DNA from: Candidatus Latescibacterota bacterium
Lineage (GTDB): Bacteria > Latescibacterota > UBA2968 > GCA-2709665
DNA length: 64,000 nt
Assembly (NCBI GenBank): GCA_965116875.1
Contig: OZ220733.1
Coordinates: 2,752,001 to 2,816,000, forward strand
Reading direction: 5' to 3'
Shown here piece after piece: positions 1 to 8,779 of this stretch (positions are counted from its first letter, which is position 1; every line of letters starts with the position of its first letter). The notes beneath the pieces are model-generated. The model ran no database searches, had not been told where the DNA came from, and was given only the letters and a program-made list of their open reading frames with translations. The translations under genes and the position numbers were made by a program.

Positions 1-400
1 ACATCCACAGATCGTTCAGCAGGGTAAACTTCCAGCCTTCGCTCAGGATCGACAACCCGCCGAACAGATAGAACCGGTCGTTGATTTCAACCCAGGCGGG
101 CAGCATGCGGGCGCACGGCCTGTCTGCCGAGACGTCGAATCCGGCGGCGCCGTCGTTCGCTTCCAGCAGGTCCCATCCCTCAGCCGACGGATCGTACACC
201 CACAGGTCGTTCAATGCGCCCAACGTGGACTTGTTTCCCTGCCCGGAGGAAGCGCCGTATCTGAGAGTACCGCCTCCGAACATATAAATTCGTCCCCTGT
301 ACGGCAGCAGTGCGCCCGGCGCCTCTCTGGCGCAGGGCACGTCGCCGCGGGCCGGCTCGAAGTCGGGGTGGCAGAGACGCCAGTTGAATTCCGAAGTCAT
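1..400 (-). CDS. Kelch-repeat beta-propeller protein, partial (runs off left edge; absent from ORF track)
   Basis: Manual translation from ATG at 400: MTSEFNWRLCHPDFEPARGDVPCAREAPGALLPYRGRIYMFGGG...LNDLWVYDPSAEGW...RPCARMLPAWVEINDRFYLFGGLS...LLNDLWM. Two kelch units with P-x-A-R, (I/F)Y(M/L)FGG and NDLW. Confidence 0.85.
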   Translation of the reverse strand, partial: MTSEFNWRLCHPDFEPARGDVPCAREAPGALLPYRGRIYMFGGGTLRYGASSGQGNKSTLGALNDLWVYDPSAEGWDLLEANDGAAGFDVSADRPCARMLPAWVEINDRFYLFGGLSILSEGWKFTLLNDLWM

Positions 401-442
401 TTGAATATCACGCAGCCAATCGCAGCGTAACCCATTGCCCGT

Positions 443-2143
443 TCATGGAACAACCGGCAGGTTCAGGTGTGAAGGATAGTTCCGGGAGTGATGAACTTCC
501 TGTATTGCCGCCACGAGTTTCGTCTCCGCGAGGTCGTTCCCGCCCGAGTTGTGATTCCGGTCGTGGTTCGGAAAATCACTGCTGGTGATTTCAAGGCGTA
601 TCCTGTGCCCCGCGAGAAACCTGCAGGCCGTGGGCGTCATGCGGATGCGGTATTCGGTCACCGCGTCCGGCGTGATGAAATCCTCTTCGTCCAGCGAATG
701 GCGATGGCGGGCGCGAACCATTCCGTATGCGACGTCCATCGCCGGACCGCCGGGAACTTCGTCCACGAGCCGTACGAAAAAATCGGTATCCGCCGCCGAA
801 GTCGCCGCGTAGAGAACGACCTCGGGATATCCCACCGTCTCCACGTCTGTTTCCAGGGTCGGCGTGCGGAAGATCAGGATATCCGGGCGATAATCGAGCC
901 TCGTTCTGTCCGACGGTTCCGTAAACAGCGCGGTTGACCAGAGCGTGGGAACCGGGTCGTTCGGATCGTACACATAGGTGTCAGGGCTCTCGCCGGCGGC
1001 CGGGGCGTCCAGCAGACGGCCGGACCCCGCGGGCAGGTGCGCATCGCCGTCGCTGTCCAGAAAGTAGGCCGCCCGCGTCGTCTCCTCCGGCGGCCACGTC
1101 GACGCCGTCTTCCAAACCCCGGACCCCATCACGAAGTACCGCACGGCCGGCTCCCGGTCCACCCCGTTGTCATCCCCCTTCAGCCAGCGGTCGAACCAGC
1201 GGATCATCGCGTCCTGGATGTTCAGCTTGGCCGCCGACCCGAAGTCGAAGGGACCCTGTCTGCGGCTGCCCAGGTTGTTGTGGTTCCACGGTCCGATCAC
1301 GAGCCGGCTCTGCGTTCTTGCGTGATCCGTCCGTCCGTGCTTCTGCATCAGCCCGAGGTGGGCCATCGTGCCTCCGCAATGGTCGTACCAGCCGCTGAAG
1401 TCCAGGTTCGGGACCTCCACTTCGCGGTGCACTTCGTCGAATTTCCAGCACCTGCGGTTCGGATGCCTCAACCAGTCCTCAACGTACCCGGAAAGCCCCT
1501 CGGGCAGGTAGAGCGGCAGGTCCAGCCACGGCATGAAATAGAGCCATCGCATATGCTCAACGTTTTCCCAGATTTCCACCGCCTCGTCCCTGTGATGCGG
1601 ACCCGGAGCGCCCTCCCTCCGCCGGATATCCGGCGCCATGGTTCCCATCCACCACTTGACGCGCCGAGCGGGCCGAAAAGACCCCCACCAGTCCACTTCC
1701 GTATTCTCCAATGGAATCGACCATGCGCACATCGCGACCAGGTGCGGCGGGCGCAACTTCGCCAGCATCCACTGCATCCAGGCGTTGTAGGACCCGCCGA
1801 ACGTGCCGACCTTCCCGTTGCAATATCGCTGCCTTGCCAGCCACTCCACGCTCTCGTACCCGTCCTGCGCATCCGGCGTGCCGCCCTCAACGGTATACGG
1901 GATATACGTCCCGTCCGAAGCATAGCGACCCCGTGAATCCTGGGCAACCACGACGTAACCGGACCGCACAACACGTTGGAATCCGCCGTTCGGCTTTCCA
2001 TAAGGGGTCCTCATCAACAGTCCGGGGTACCGCCTCGATCCAGCCGGCCTGAACACGTTCGTGCGCAGCACCACGCCGTCGGACATCGGTACGGGGACGT
2101 CCTTCTCCTCGATGATTTCGGCCGAGCACTCTTTTTCCGTCAT
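443..2143 (-). CDS. CocE/NonD family hydrolase (peptidase S15 / PepX-like C-terminal domain)
   Basis: Motifs VPMSDGVVLRTNVFRP, LMRTPYGK, QDSRGRYASDG, nucleophile GGSYNA, GWYD, IGPWNH, HRIRLEITSSDFP. Start uncertain (2143 or GTG 2179). Confidence 0.92.
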   Translation of the reverse strand: MTEKECSAEIIEEKDVPVPMSDGVVLRTNVFRPAGSRRYPGLLMRTPYGKPNGGFQRVVRSGYVVVAQDSRGRYASDGTYIPYTVEGGTPDAQDGYESVEWLARQRYCNGKVGTFGGSYNAWMQWMLAKLRPPHLVAMCAWSIPLENTEVDWWGSFRPARRVKWWMGTMAPDIRRREGAPGPHHRDEAVEIWENVEHMRWLYFMPWLDLPLYLPEGLSGYVEDWLRHPNRRCWKFDEVHREVEVPNLDFSGWYDHCGGTMAHLGLMQKHGRTDHARTQSRLVIGPWNHNNLGSRRQGPFDFGSAAKLNIQDAMIRWFDRWLKGDDNGVDREPAVRYFVMGSGVWKTASTWPPEETTRAAYFLDSDGDAHLPAGSGRLLDAPAAGESPDTYVYDPNDPVPTLWSTALFTEPSDRTRLDYRPDILIFRTPTLETDVETVGYPEVVLYAATSAADTDFFVRLVDEVPGGPAMDVAYGMVRARHRHSLDEEDFITPDAVTEYRIRMTPTACRFLAGHRIRLEITSSDFPNHDRNHNSGGNDLAETKLVAAIQEVHHSRNYPSHLNLPVVP

Positions 2144-2291
2144 CCTACCCATTCCGGTTGCAGGAAGTTTACAGTGCACTTATTGCGGATAGTGCATCTG
2201 TCCTTGTTTCGCAGGCAGCCCATCGGACCGCAAGTGTTCTGCCCGGGAATTCGGTTGTCCGCAATCGGCCGTCGAGTCGCCGGGCGTACAT

Positions 2292-2477
2292 CCCTTTGAC
2301 GAGTTCACGGCAACGCTCAAGAACGGTCGCCTGTGCCCTGAGCCGCTCCCTGAGCTTGTGGTCCCTGAGCCTGTCGAAGGGTCGAAGGGTCGGCGAAGGG
2401 CAGTGAACAACTCCGGACGAGTAACCAAACACGGGCATTTCGACATTTCGACAAGCTCAATGCAAGCATGCTCAATG
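2292..2477. repeat. Cluster of REP-like CCCTGAGCYTGTCGAAGGG / TTCGACAAGCTCA palindromic repeats, including nested copies
   Basis: 2334-2402 has three CCCTGAGC left halves followed by three CGAAGGG right halves. 2436-2477 has two TTCGACA followed by two GCTCAATG. Degenerate copy at 2292-2311. Confidence 0.8.
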
Positions 2478-2559
2478 ACCACGTTTTGGCTGACGACGCG
2501 AACGCTGAGATACATGTTGAATCGGCGGATGAATGGTGACGTCTTTCCGGGCCGCGGCA

Positions 2560-4119
2560 CTAAATTCGCATCAATATGTCCCGAAGTCCGTTTACGGCAT
2601 CCCGGAAACCCGAAACGCCGGGCAGCGGCCAGAGGCAGAAGACCCCGTCGAAACTTCGACATCTGAGGTTGGAGAGAATCTCCACGAGTTCCGCGTTGCC
2701 TCCGCCGGGAACCGCCGGGTCCCCGCTCGCCGCGACGACGTCCCTGAAGTCGACGTGCCTGACAGACCGCCGGACCGGCCCCTTGTAGAGTTCCATATAG
2801 AACGGGCTTCCGCCCAACCTCGCGACGGCGGCCGGATCGTATGCCATGTTCAGTCTGGCCGACCCGATCTCTCTGAGCCCTCCGGCGATATCCGACGGAT
2901 TCACACCTGCGGGGTTCCCCACAAGCACGTCCATCCCATTGTCTTCGGCGACCCTGGACAGCCTTTCAAGCGCACGGTTCAGGTTCGCGAGATCGAGGCC
3001 TTCGGGAAGGCGGACGTGCAGGTACTCGGCATCGAGACCCGCTGCAACTGTACAGGCCTCCGCCAGCGTCCCGGCAGATGCGAGCCGCGTGCGCAATACC
3101 ACGACGTTGAGGCCCCGGTCCCCGAGGTGACCGCGAAGGCCGTCGACATTGACCAGATGATTCGTATGCACTTCCACCGATGAAATCCCTGCGGTAGCGA
3201 CCGGATCCAGCGCCATTTCGGGATCGGCATCCACTGCCCACAGCGGCACGCTCAGGGTGAATCCCTCGTCTTTCAGCATGGACGTCAGCGATTCCGCGGG
3301 AGGGGCTGATTCATCGCGCTGGACCGCCCGACGGCCGGCGGTCGATCTCGCGATCTTCTTCCTGTATCCCACGCAGTCGGCGCAATTCGGATTCTCATCC
3401 AGCGCAAAGCCGGGGTCGCGCGACATCTCGCGCCGCATGATGGCCGCGGCCCGGAGAGCGTCGATCAGACGGCACACCGCCGGACCGACCGTACCCACCC
3501 GCATGGCCCCCTCCGTCCTGAACAGCCGATCGAACTTCAACACGCCCCCGCGATGCCCTCCCGGACACCGGCGAATCGTCATCGCGCGGACCTCGCCGTC
3601 TTCGGCCACGTACTTCATTTCCAGTTCGCGGAGATAGGGCAGGTCCAGTTCCGCTTCCACCGTGTGCAGCAGCGTCATCGTATCCAGGTCGCAGCCGACG
3701 TGCAACACCTTTCCGCCGAGTGTGATCAGGCGGCCGTAGGGCGTCTCCGGCCCGTCCGGCGCCGCGCTCTGTTCGTGATCGGACAGGATCTCTTTCGCCC
3801 TTGCGCCGTACCCCGCCACCGGATGATAGGGGTGCCGGCTGCGCATCACGCCCGGCCGCAACCGGAACGTCTCGCTGATCACGCCCATGTCCGATGGGAT
3901 CACGTCCGGATCGAACGTGCGACCGTCCCGGGCGGGATGCGTGGGCATCATCAGGGTTCCGCCGGGCCCCACGACTTCCACAAGCGCGTCGATCACCGCG
4001 TTCGCGCCGCCGTCCACAGGTCCCAGACTGCTCAGGGACGAATGGACCACCACAATCGCGCCTGGCTGCAATCCGAGCGCGGTCAACCCGTCTTCAATGT
4101 CGCGTTGAGTCAACATCAC
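2560..4119 (-). CDS. AAC(3)-family N-acetyltransferase fused to a xylose-isomerase-like (AP_endonuc_2) TIM barrel
   Basis: N-terminal VVVHSSLSSLGPVDGGANAVIDAL..GTLMMPT, MGVISETFR, RSRHP, TLLHTVE. C-terminal AYDPAA..VRHVDFRD..PGGGNAELVEILSNL..FDGVFCLW. Confidence 0.8.
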   Translation of the reverse strand: MMLTQRDIEDGLTALGLQPGAIVVVHSSLSSLGPVDGGANAVIDALVEVVGPGGTLMMPTHPARDGRTFDPDVIPSDMGVISETFRLRPGVMRSRHPYHPVAGYGARAKEILSDHEQSAAPDGPETPYGRLITLGGKVLHVGCDLDTMTLLHTVEAELDLPYLRELEMKYVAEDGEVRAMTIRRCPGGHRGGVLKFDRLFRTEGAMRVGTVGPAVCRLIDALRAAAIMRREMSRDPGFALDENPNCADCVGYRKKIARSTAGRRAVQRDESAPPAESLTSMLKDEGFTLSVPLWAVDADPEMALDPVATAGISSVEVHTNHLVNVDGLRGHLGDRGLNVVVLRTRLASAGTLAEACTVAAGLDAEYLHVRLPEGLDLANLNRALERLSRVAEDNGMDVLVGNPAGVNPSDIAGGLREIGSARLNMAYDPAAVARLGGSPFYMELYKGPVRRSVRHVDFRDVVAASGDPAVPGGGNAELVEILSNLRCRSFDGVFCLWPLPGVSGFRDAVNGLRDILMRI

Positions 4120-4167
4120 GGCTTTCTCAGGATAATCCGGAATCGACGTTTTCGGCCAGGCAGACCC

Positions 4168-4193
4168 TTTTGTGTTTTTGTGCCTTTTGTGGC
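4168..4193. repeat. Short ~9-bp periodic intergenic repeat (TTTTGTG..TTTTGTG..TTTTGTGGC)
   Basis: Sequence ttttgtgtttttgtgccttttgtggc; three units in the gap between two co-directional genes. Confidence 0.55.
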
Positions 4194-4216
4194 AAATGCC
4201 TTTTGGCGCCCTGTAC

Positions 4217-4912
4217 CTACCGCCATTCGATCAGCGCCTTCGCGTACGCGCGACCCACCAGCCTGGACCCTTCTCGAAGATACGGAATATGATGTCCTGA
4301 CAGGATACAGTCCACGTGCAGCGTGGAAAGCCGTTTCAGGGTCCTTATATACGTGGGTTTGTCGAATTCTTCGCCTCCCTGCCAGCCCAGTTCCGGCTGG
4401 TAGTAGGTATTTCCGCAGAACAACACGTCGCCGGCAAGCCAGATGGTCTTGCCGGTGTGTTCGAATCTGTAGATGACGCATCCGTTGGTGTGGCCCGGCG
4501 CGTGGATGACCTCGAACCGGAATCCGCAAGCCTCTATGGTATCGCCGTCCTCGACCACTCTGTCCACCTTGCAGGCCGGCAGACGGAACCCTGCGGCGTA
4601 CGGAATCGTGCGCGCGTCCGATTGCTCGATCCCATCCGCGTCGCCGGGCCCGGCAATGACGAAGGCACCGCGTTTCCGGATCGCCGCCGCGTTGCCGATA
4701 TGGTCGTAGTGGCTGTGGGTCAGAAACAGATAGTCCACTTTCTCCAGTGAGATCCCCCACAAGGCCATCTGTGCTTCGGCTCGGTCGAGGTCGCCGGGCA
4801 CCGACCCCGAGTCGACCATGATCGTGCCGGCATCGTTATGCAGCACGTAGAAATTCGGATGTTGGGCGTAAGCAAACCCGTCCGCCAGATAGATATTCGG
4901 CAGAATCTGCAT
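4217..4912 (-). CDS. MBL-fold metallo-hydrolase
   Basis: THSHYDH (HxHxDH), APGHT, AGDVLF, SGHH. GGAGG Shine-Dalgarno just upstream of ATG 4912. Confidence 0.92.
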   Translation of the reverse strand: MQILPNIYLADGFAYAQHPNFYVLHNDAGTIMVDSGSVPGDLDRAEAQMALWGISLEKVDYLFLTHSHYDHIGNAAAIRKRGAFVIAGPGDADGIEQSDARTIPYAAGFRLPACKVDRVVEDGDTIEACGFRFEVIHAPGHTNGCVIYRFEHTGKTIWLAGDVLFCGNTYYQPELGWQGGEEFDKPTYIRTLKRLSTLHVDCILSGHHIPYLREGSRLVGRAYAKALIEWR

Positions 4913-5020
4913 ACCGGCCTCCATGGGCGCTGTGACCAACCTCAATTCGAAAAAAGACAACAATCAAATCGGCCACAAAGAGCCCGAATGCGGGTAGACG
5001 GTAGAGGTGAAAAAATCGGG

Positions 5021-5194
5021 TAGACGCAAGACGGGAGACGGGAGAAGAAACCCTTGCCCGTCTATTCTTCCGACTCGCCTGCGGCATAAGGAAAATCCCG
5101 TTACGGCATCCGATCTCTCCCGTCTAACGTCTTCCTTCTCACCAGGTAGTAGGGTGGGGTGTGGTCCTCTACCCTCTTCCGTCTCACGTCTCCC
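5021..5194. repeat. Inverted heptameric AGACG(GG/TG) tandem repeats in an intergenic gap
   Basis: tagacgcaagacgggagacgggaga (5021-5045) versus opposite-orientation tctcccgtctaacgtct (~5116-5132) and ccgtctcacgtctccc (~5179-5194). Confidence 0.55.
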
Positions 5195-5322
5195 TGCTTC
5201 TGTGGGGCCGGGGGGAGAGGTCCCGTTCACGTCCCGTGGGTATCCTGGAAATCCGCAGTGGAATCGCCTTTATCAACTTGCACATGTACGAATTAACGTT
5301 CCCGAAAAACGACGAATCCTGA

Positions 5323-6198
5323 TTAGACGTCCGATATGCCCTTGTATCCGGGAGGAATGAGCCCCCGTTGATGGTCCCTGCAATGCTCCAGGAAGCTGCG
5401 GTCCCTCAACAGGAATCCGGGATCTTCCACGATACACCGGGTGCCGGCATCTATCAGTTCCCTGGCGTTCATATTCGTGACTTTCGCGTCGCCGATCCTT
5501 CCGTACCTCACGAGATCCAGCCTCTGCATCTCGGGCTCCATCAGAAAGTAGTCCCTGGGCACGTTCGGCGTATGCACCTTCTGAACGTGGACGTGAATCC
5601 GGCCACGTTCGTCCGCCACTTCCAGCCGGGAGGGATCGTCCATCAGCGCGTAGGGCGCGTGCCCGTATTCCTCGCAGGCGTGCATCATGGTGCAGCTGGT
5701 CCATCCCGTTCCCAGGAACATGTAATGCGCGTCTATTTCGCCCAGCTTTCCCCAGGCCGTATCCCGTCCGCACGGGGTGAAGCAGCGAACCGCGCCTTCC
5801 GCGAGGTACTCCGCCTGGCGTCCGATCGCACACATCGGATTGCTGGAATCCAGGCATCTCACGGCATCCGGATGATGCCGTAGGACTTCCGTGATCCGAC
5901 CCATCCTCGAGGGTGAGCGTCGAACGTCGAATGCGGGACTTCCGCTGTTGAGCACGTACTCGCAGTGCCACCCGTTGAAATGACACGTGTGCACCGCGAT
6001 CGTGCCCCGGGGCCCTACCGCCTCCAGAAACGCGCCGATCACGGTTTCCGCCCCGCCCTCCACGTACCCCATACTGCTCAGGGAATTGTGAAAAAATACC
6101 GCGTCGCCGGGATTCACCCCCAGGTTCCGCAGGCCTTCGATGATGTCGTTTTTCCTGACGACCGTCTTTCCTTCCGGTGACCAGGGTTTCTTTGCCAT
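5323..6198 (-). CDS. AAC(3)-family N-acetyltransferase (YokD/FrbF-like), second copy
   Basis: VFFHNSLSSMGYVEGGAETVIGAF, FDVRRSPSRMGRITE, TMMHACEE. GGGAGA SD before ATG 6198. Confidence 0.88.
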   Translation of the reverse strand: MAKKPWSPEGKTVVRKNDIIEGLRNLGVNPGDAVFFHNSLSSMGYVEGGAETVIGAFLEAVGPRGTIAVHTCHFNGWHCEYVLNSGSPAFDVRRSPSRMGRITEVLRHHPDAVRCLDSSNPMCAIGRQAEYLAEGAVRCFTPCGRDTAWGKLGEIDAHYMFLGTGWTSCTMMHACEEYGHAPYALMDDPSRLEVADERGRIHVHVQKVHTPNVPRDYFLMEPEMQRLDLVRYGRIGDAKVTNMNARELIDAGTRCIVEDPGFLLRDRSFLEHCRDHQRGLIPPGYKGISDV

Positions 6199-6272
6199 CC
6201 GTGCAGTCTCCCTGCAAATAAGCAGTCCGTGTACCAATATCAGATTCGTCCACCGCCGCGTCACCCAACCGT

Positions 6273-6863
6273 TCAGTCGCGGTACGCGGCAAGTGACGGA
6301 TGGTCCAGGACGGAAGCAAGCCATGCCCATCCATCTTTACATCGACTGTAGGTCTCAAACGGGATGAAGTCGAAATCCAGGTATAGGTTGATCGCTCGCG
6401 CGCTGGTGGTCTGGGTGGTCAGATAGGCGCGATCGTGGAAGTCGGCGATGCGTTGAAGCGAGGCCGCCAGAAGCGGTTTGGCGAGTCCACGGCCCTGATA
6501 CTCAGGTCGGATGGCGATCCAGTGGATGCGGCCGTAGTCCTTTCCGTTGAACGCAGGGTTGTACCAGGCCGTGCTTGTGCCGATCACCCGGCCGACCGGG
6601 TCTTCCAGATACAGACACCGCTCCTCCATCCGTTTCCGGCCCGGTCCGAACTCGCGTTCGAAGGCGGCAAGCGCCCCGTCCATCGTATCGAACGACGCAA
6701 CGGAGACTTCGATTTCGGCCCAGTGGTGGTCTTCTCCGGTCCGGTAGTAGCGGAGGCTGTACCCCTCGGGAAGCGGAAATGCCGGGAGGTCCGTGAGGTC
6801 TTCCCTGACCATCACCACCGGAATGAATTCCTGCTTCCTTTCCCAGACTGCTTCGATTTTCAC
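6273..6863 (-). CDS. GNAT family N-acetyltransferase
   Basis: IAIRPEYQGRGLAKPLL (acetyl-CoA loop Q/RxxGxG/A), RAINLYLDFDF. AAGGAGG SD before GTG 6863. Confidence 0.9.
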   Translation of the reverse strand: MKIEAVWERKQEFIPVVMVREDLTDLPAFPLPEGYSLRYYRTGEDHHWAEIEVSVASFDTMDGALAAFEREFGPGRKRMEERCLYLEDPVGRVIGTSTAWYNPAFNGKDYGRIHWIAIRPEYQGRGLAKPLLAASLQRIADFHDRAYLTTQTTSARAINLYLDFDFIPFETYSRCKDGWAWLASVLDHPSLAAYRD

Positions 6864-6914
6864 GATGCCTGCCTCCTTCTCGCTTCCGCCGGGGATCCAC
6901 ACCGGGCCGCTAGG

Positions 6915-8779
6915 CCTTAAATAAGCGAGTATTGTTGTTTGTTGAGCCGAAGGGCGCATTTTGGTGCGTTTGGGTTGATGAGAGCAATGGTGCCTGGCAA
7001 ATGGTGATGGCGTGAGGTCGTACAGAGGTCTGTCGAGGTGAGTTTGCTGTGTAAAGCGACCGGTTGTGTGTGATTTGGGCGTAAGGGTCCGTTGCGTGAT
7101 GATGGACGCGAACGCTGTGGTGATCTGCGGTCATCCTTCGAGTTGGTGTCAGGTGAAGCCGGTGCGTTCGATGGTGGCCCAGGCGCTTAGGAGTCTGCTC
7201 AGGGACGGCTGATAGCCGATGATGCGCACGGTGGTGCTTCGCGCGTTTCTCACCACACGACAGGGAAACAGGATGATGTGGTTGAGGAAGGTGCGAAAGT
7301 CCATCCGGATATAGTGCCGGCGGTGTTTGATGCGATGCATCATCATGGCAAACCACGACTTGATGTTCCAGGCCAGTGCGGCGATGACCATGTAAGCCCA
7401 GTTACTGATCAGGTCATACATGGGCACGCGCAGGGCGTTGACACCGTTTTTGAGTTGTTCGATGACGTTTTCCTGGTCGCAACGTTTGTTGGCCGCAAAG
7501 ACGACTTCGGCAGGTGTGAGGTCGTGGCGCGTGGTGATGTAGAAGAAATACCGGATATTGTCGAAGAGGGTCTGCTCGCCTTTCGTCTTGGAGATGTTTT
7601 TTCTCACGGCCACGACGCGGTAGGTCCGTTCGCACTTGCCGGGCTGATAGTCAAACTGTGCCACGTCTTCGAACTTGAGCGCCAGGGTGAGGTAGCCCCG
7701 CGCCTTGACGATGCGCTGCTTCTCATTGTCCCGTCGGTGCCTTTTCTGTGGCGCGACAGGCCGGTGCAGGCGATGCCAGGCCGCTTCGTCAAGCGCCTCG
7801 GCCCGTGTTCGCAAGGCCTCGTTGGCGTCCATGCCGAAGATGAAATCGACGTTTTTGGCCCAGCGATCGAAGTGACCGGTGAGCGAAAAATCCGTGTCGC
7901 CGCGCAGGCATACGCGCCCTGCGTGGGGCTTCACCAAGGAGATGGCCGCATCGATCCAGGATGCGGCGCCCTGGTGAGAAGACGCGTTGCCCGGACGGTT
8001 GACCACATACAGCACCTCTTTGGTATTGGCCAACGACACGATCAAAGGCGCATATCCCCACACGCCCTTGTAGGAAATGTCCATACCGGCTTTCTTCTGC
8101 CCATACGTTGGCGCACTGGTGCCATCCACGTCGATGTATGCCACCCCTGCCAGGTCTCGGGTAGCGCGTGTGCGCCACAACTTGGCGCGTACCGCGTTAA
8201 TGCAATCCATCAGCTCGATCACGTCGGCCTCGGTGAAGCGACGTGTGAAGTCACCCGTGGTCGTCGGATCCGGGATCAGATCCGCGTTCAAGGCATTCAT
8301 GTAGGCCACGTCATGTCGCAAACGCTCGATATCTTCCAGACGCGTGCCGCCGCACATGATGTTGTAGGAAAGGTTCAACACATGATCCGACTCGTGATAC
8401 GGCAGATGCACCTTCAACAACTGCAACCTCGCGTCGATTTCCTTGACCAAGCCCAACTTCGTCACCAGGCGATGCACCGCCGTGATGCCACCGTAGCTCA
8501 TCGCGTGCCCATCTGCGCTGACCTCGTAATGTACACGCGTGCTGCCAAACATCGGCTTGCCTTGCGCACAAAAGCGACTCGCGCGCTTCTGCCGTACATG
8601 TACCTTGCGCCCACATTTTGTACTGTTCCTGCGGCTTTCTCTTACCGATATTCTTTTCACCGGAAAGGCCCCCTTCGTTGGAGTAGCAATTTCCCGTCCG
8701 AGACTGCTAACTTCAACAAAGATAAGTCTTTCCGGTACTTTTATACATTTAAATCTGAAATAACTCGCTTAATTAGAGG
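6915..8779 (-). mobile_element. IS1380-family insertion sequence, 1865 bp, with 5-bp CTAGG target-site duplication
   Basis: Imperfect terminal inverted repeats CCTTAAATAAGCGAGTATT (from 6915) and CCTCTAATTAAGCGAGTTATT (reverse complement ending 8779). CTAGG at 6910-6914 and 8780-8784. Confidence 0.9.
7149..8660 (-). CDS. IS1380-family DDE transposase
   Basis: IDVDGT, SYKGVWGYAPL, NRPGNASS, LRGDTDF, KRCDQENVIEQLK, NWAYMVIAALAWN. Lies inside the terminal IRs. Confidence 0.92.
   Translation of the reverse strand: MKRISVRESRRNSTKCGRKVHVRQKRASRFCAQGKPMFGSTRVHYEVSADGHAMSYGGITAVHRLVTKLGLVKEIDARLQLLKVHLPYHESDHVLNLSYNIMCGGTRLEDIERLRHDVAYMNALNADLIPDPTTTGDFTRRFTEADVIELMDCINAVRAKLWRTRATRDLAGVAYIDVDGTSAPTYGQKKAGMDISYKGVWGYAPLIVSLANTKEVLYVVNRPGNASSHQGAASWIDAAISLVKPHAGRVCLRGDTDFSLTGHFDRWAKNVDFIFGMDANEALRTRAEALDEAAWHRLHRPVAPQKRHRRDNEKQRIVKARGYLTLALKFEDVAQFDYQPGKCERTYRVVAVRKNISKTKGEQTLFDNIRYFFYITTRHDLTPAEVVFAANKRCDQENVIEQLKNGVNALRVPMYDLISNWAYMVIAALAWNIKSWFAMMMHRIKHRRHYIRMDFRTFLNHIILFPCRVVRNARSTTVRIIGYQPSLSRLLSAWATIERTGFT

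Noticed and set aside
2180-2197. Mini-ORF MHYPQ* with AAGGA SD, in frame and abutting GTG 2179 of the CocE gene
   Set aside because: Too short to distinguish from chance; the conserved CocE domain begins well downstream, so there is no evidence for readthrough or pseudogenisation.
2334-2477. Possible mini-CRISPR array
   Set aside because: The repeats are nested half-palindromes without unique spacers of regular length, and no cas genes are present.
5273-6358. 361-aa alternative-frame ORF overlapping the second AAC(3) gene
   Set aside because: Arg/Gly-rich off-frame translation; the AAC(3) frame has clear family motifs and an SD.
2560-6863. Antibiotic resistance island (AAC(3), MBL, GNAT)
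   Set aside because: Only superfamily-level motifs are seen. The MBL lacks a signal peptide, there is no integron or composite transposon structure, and the context points to metabolism.
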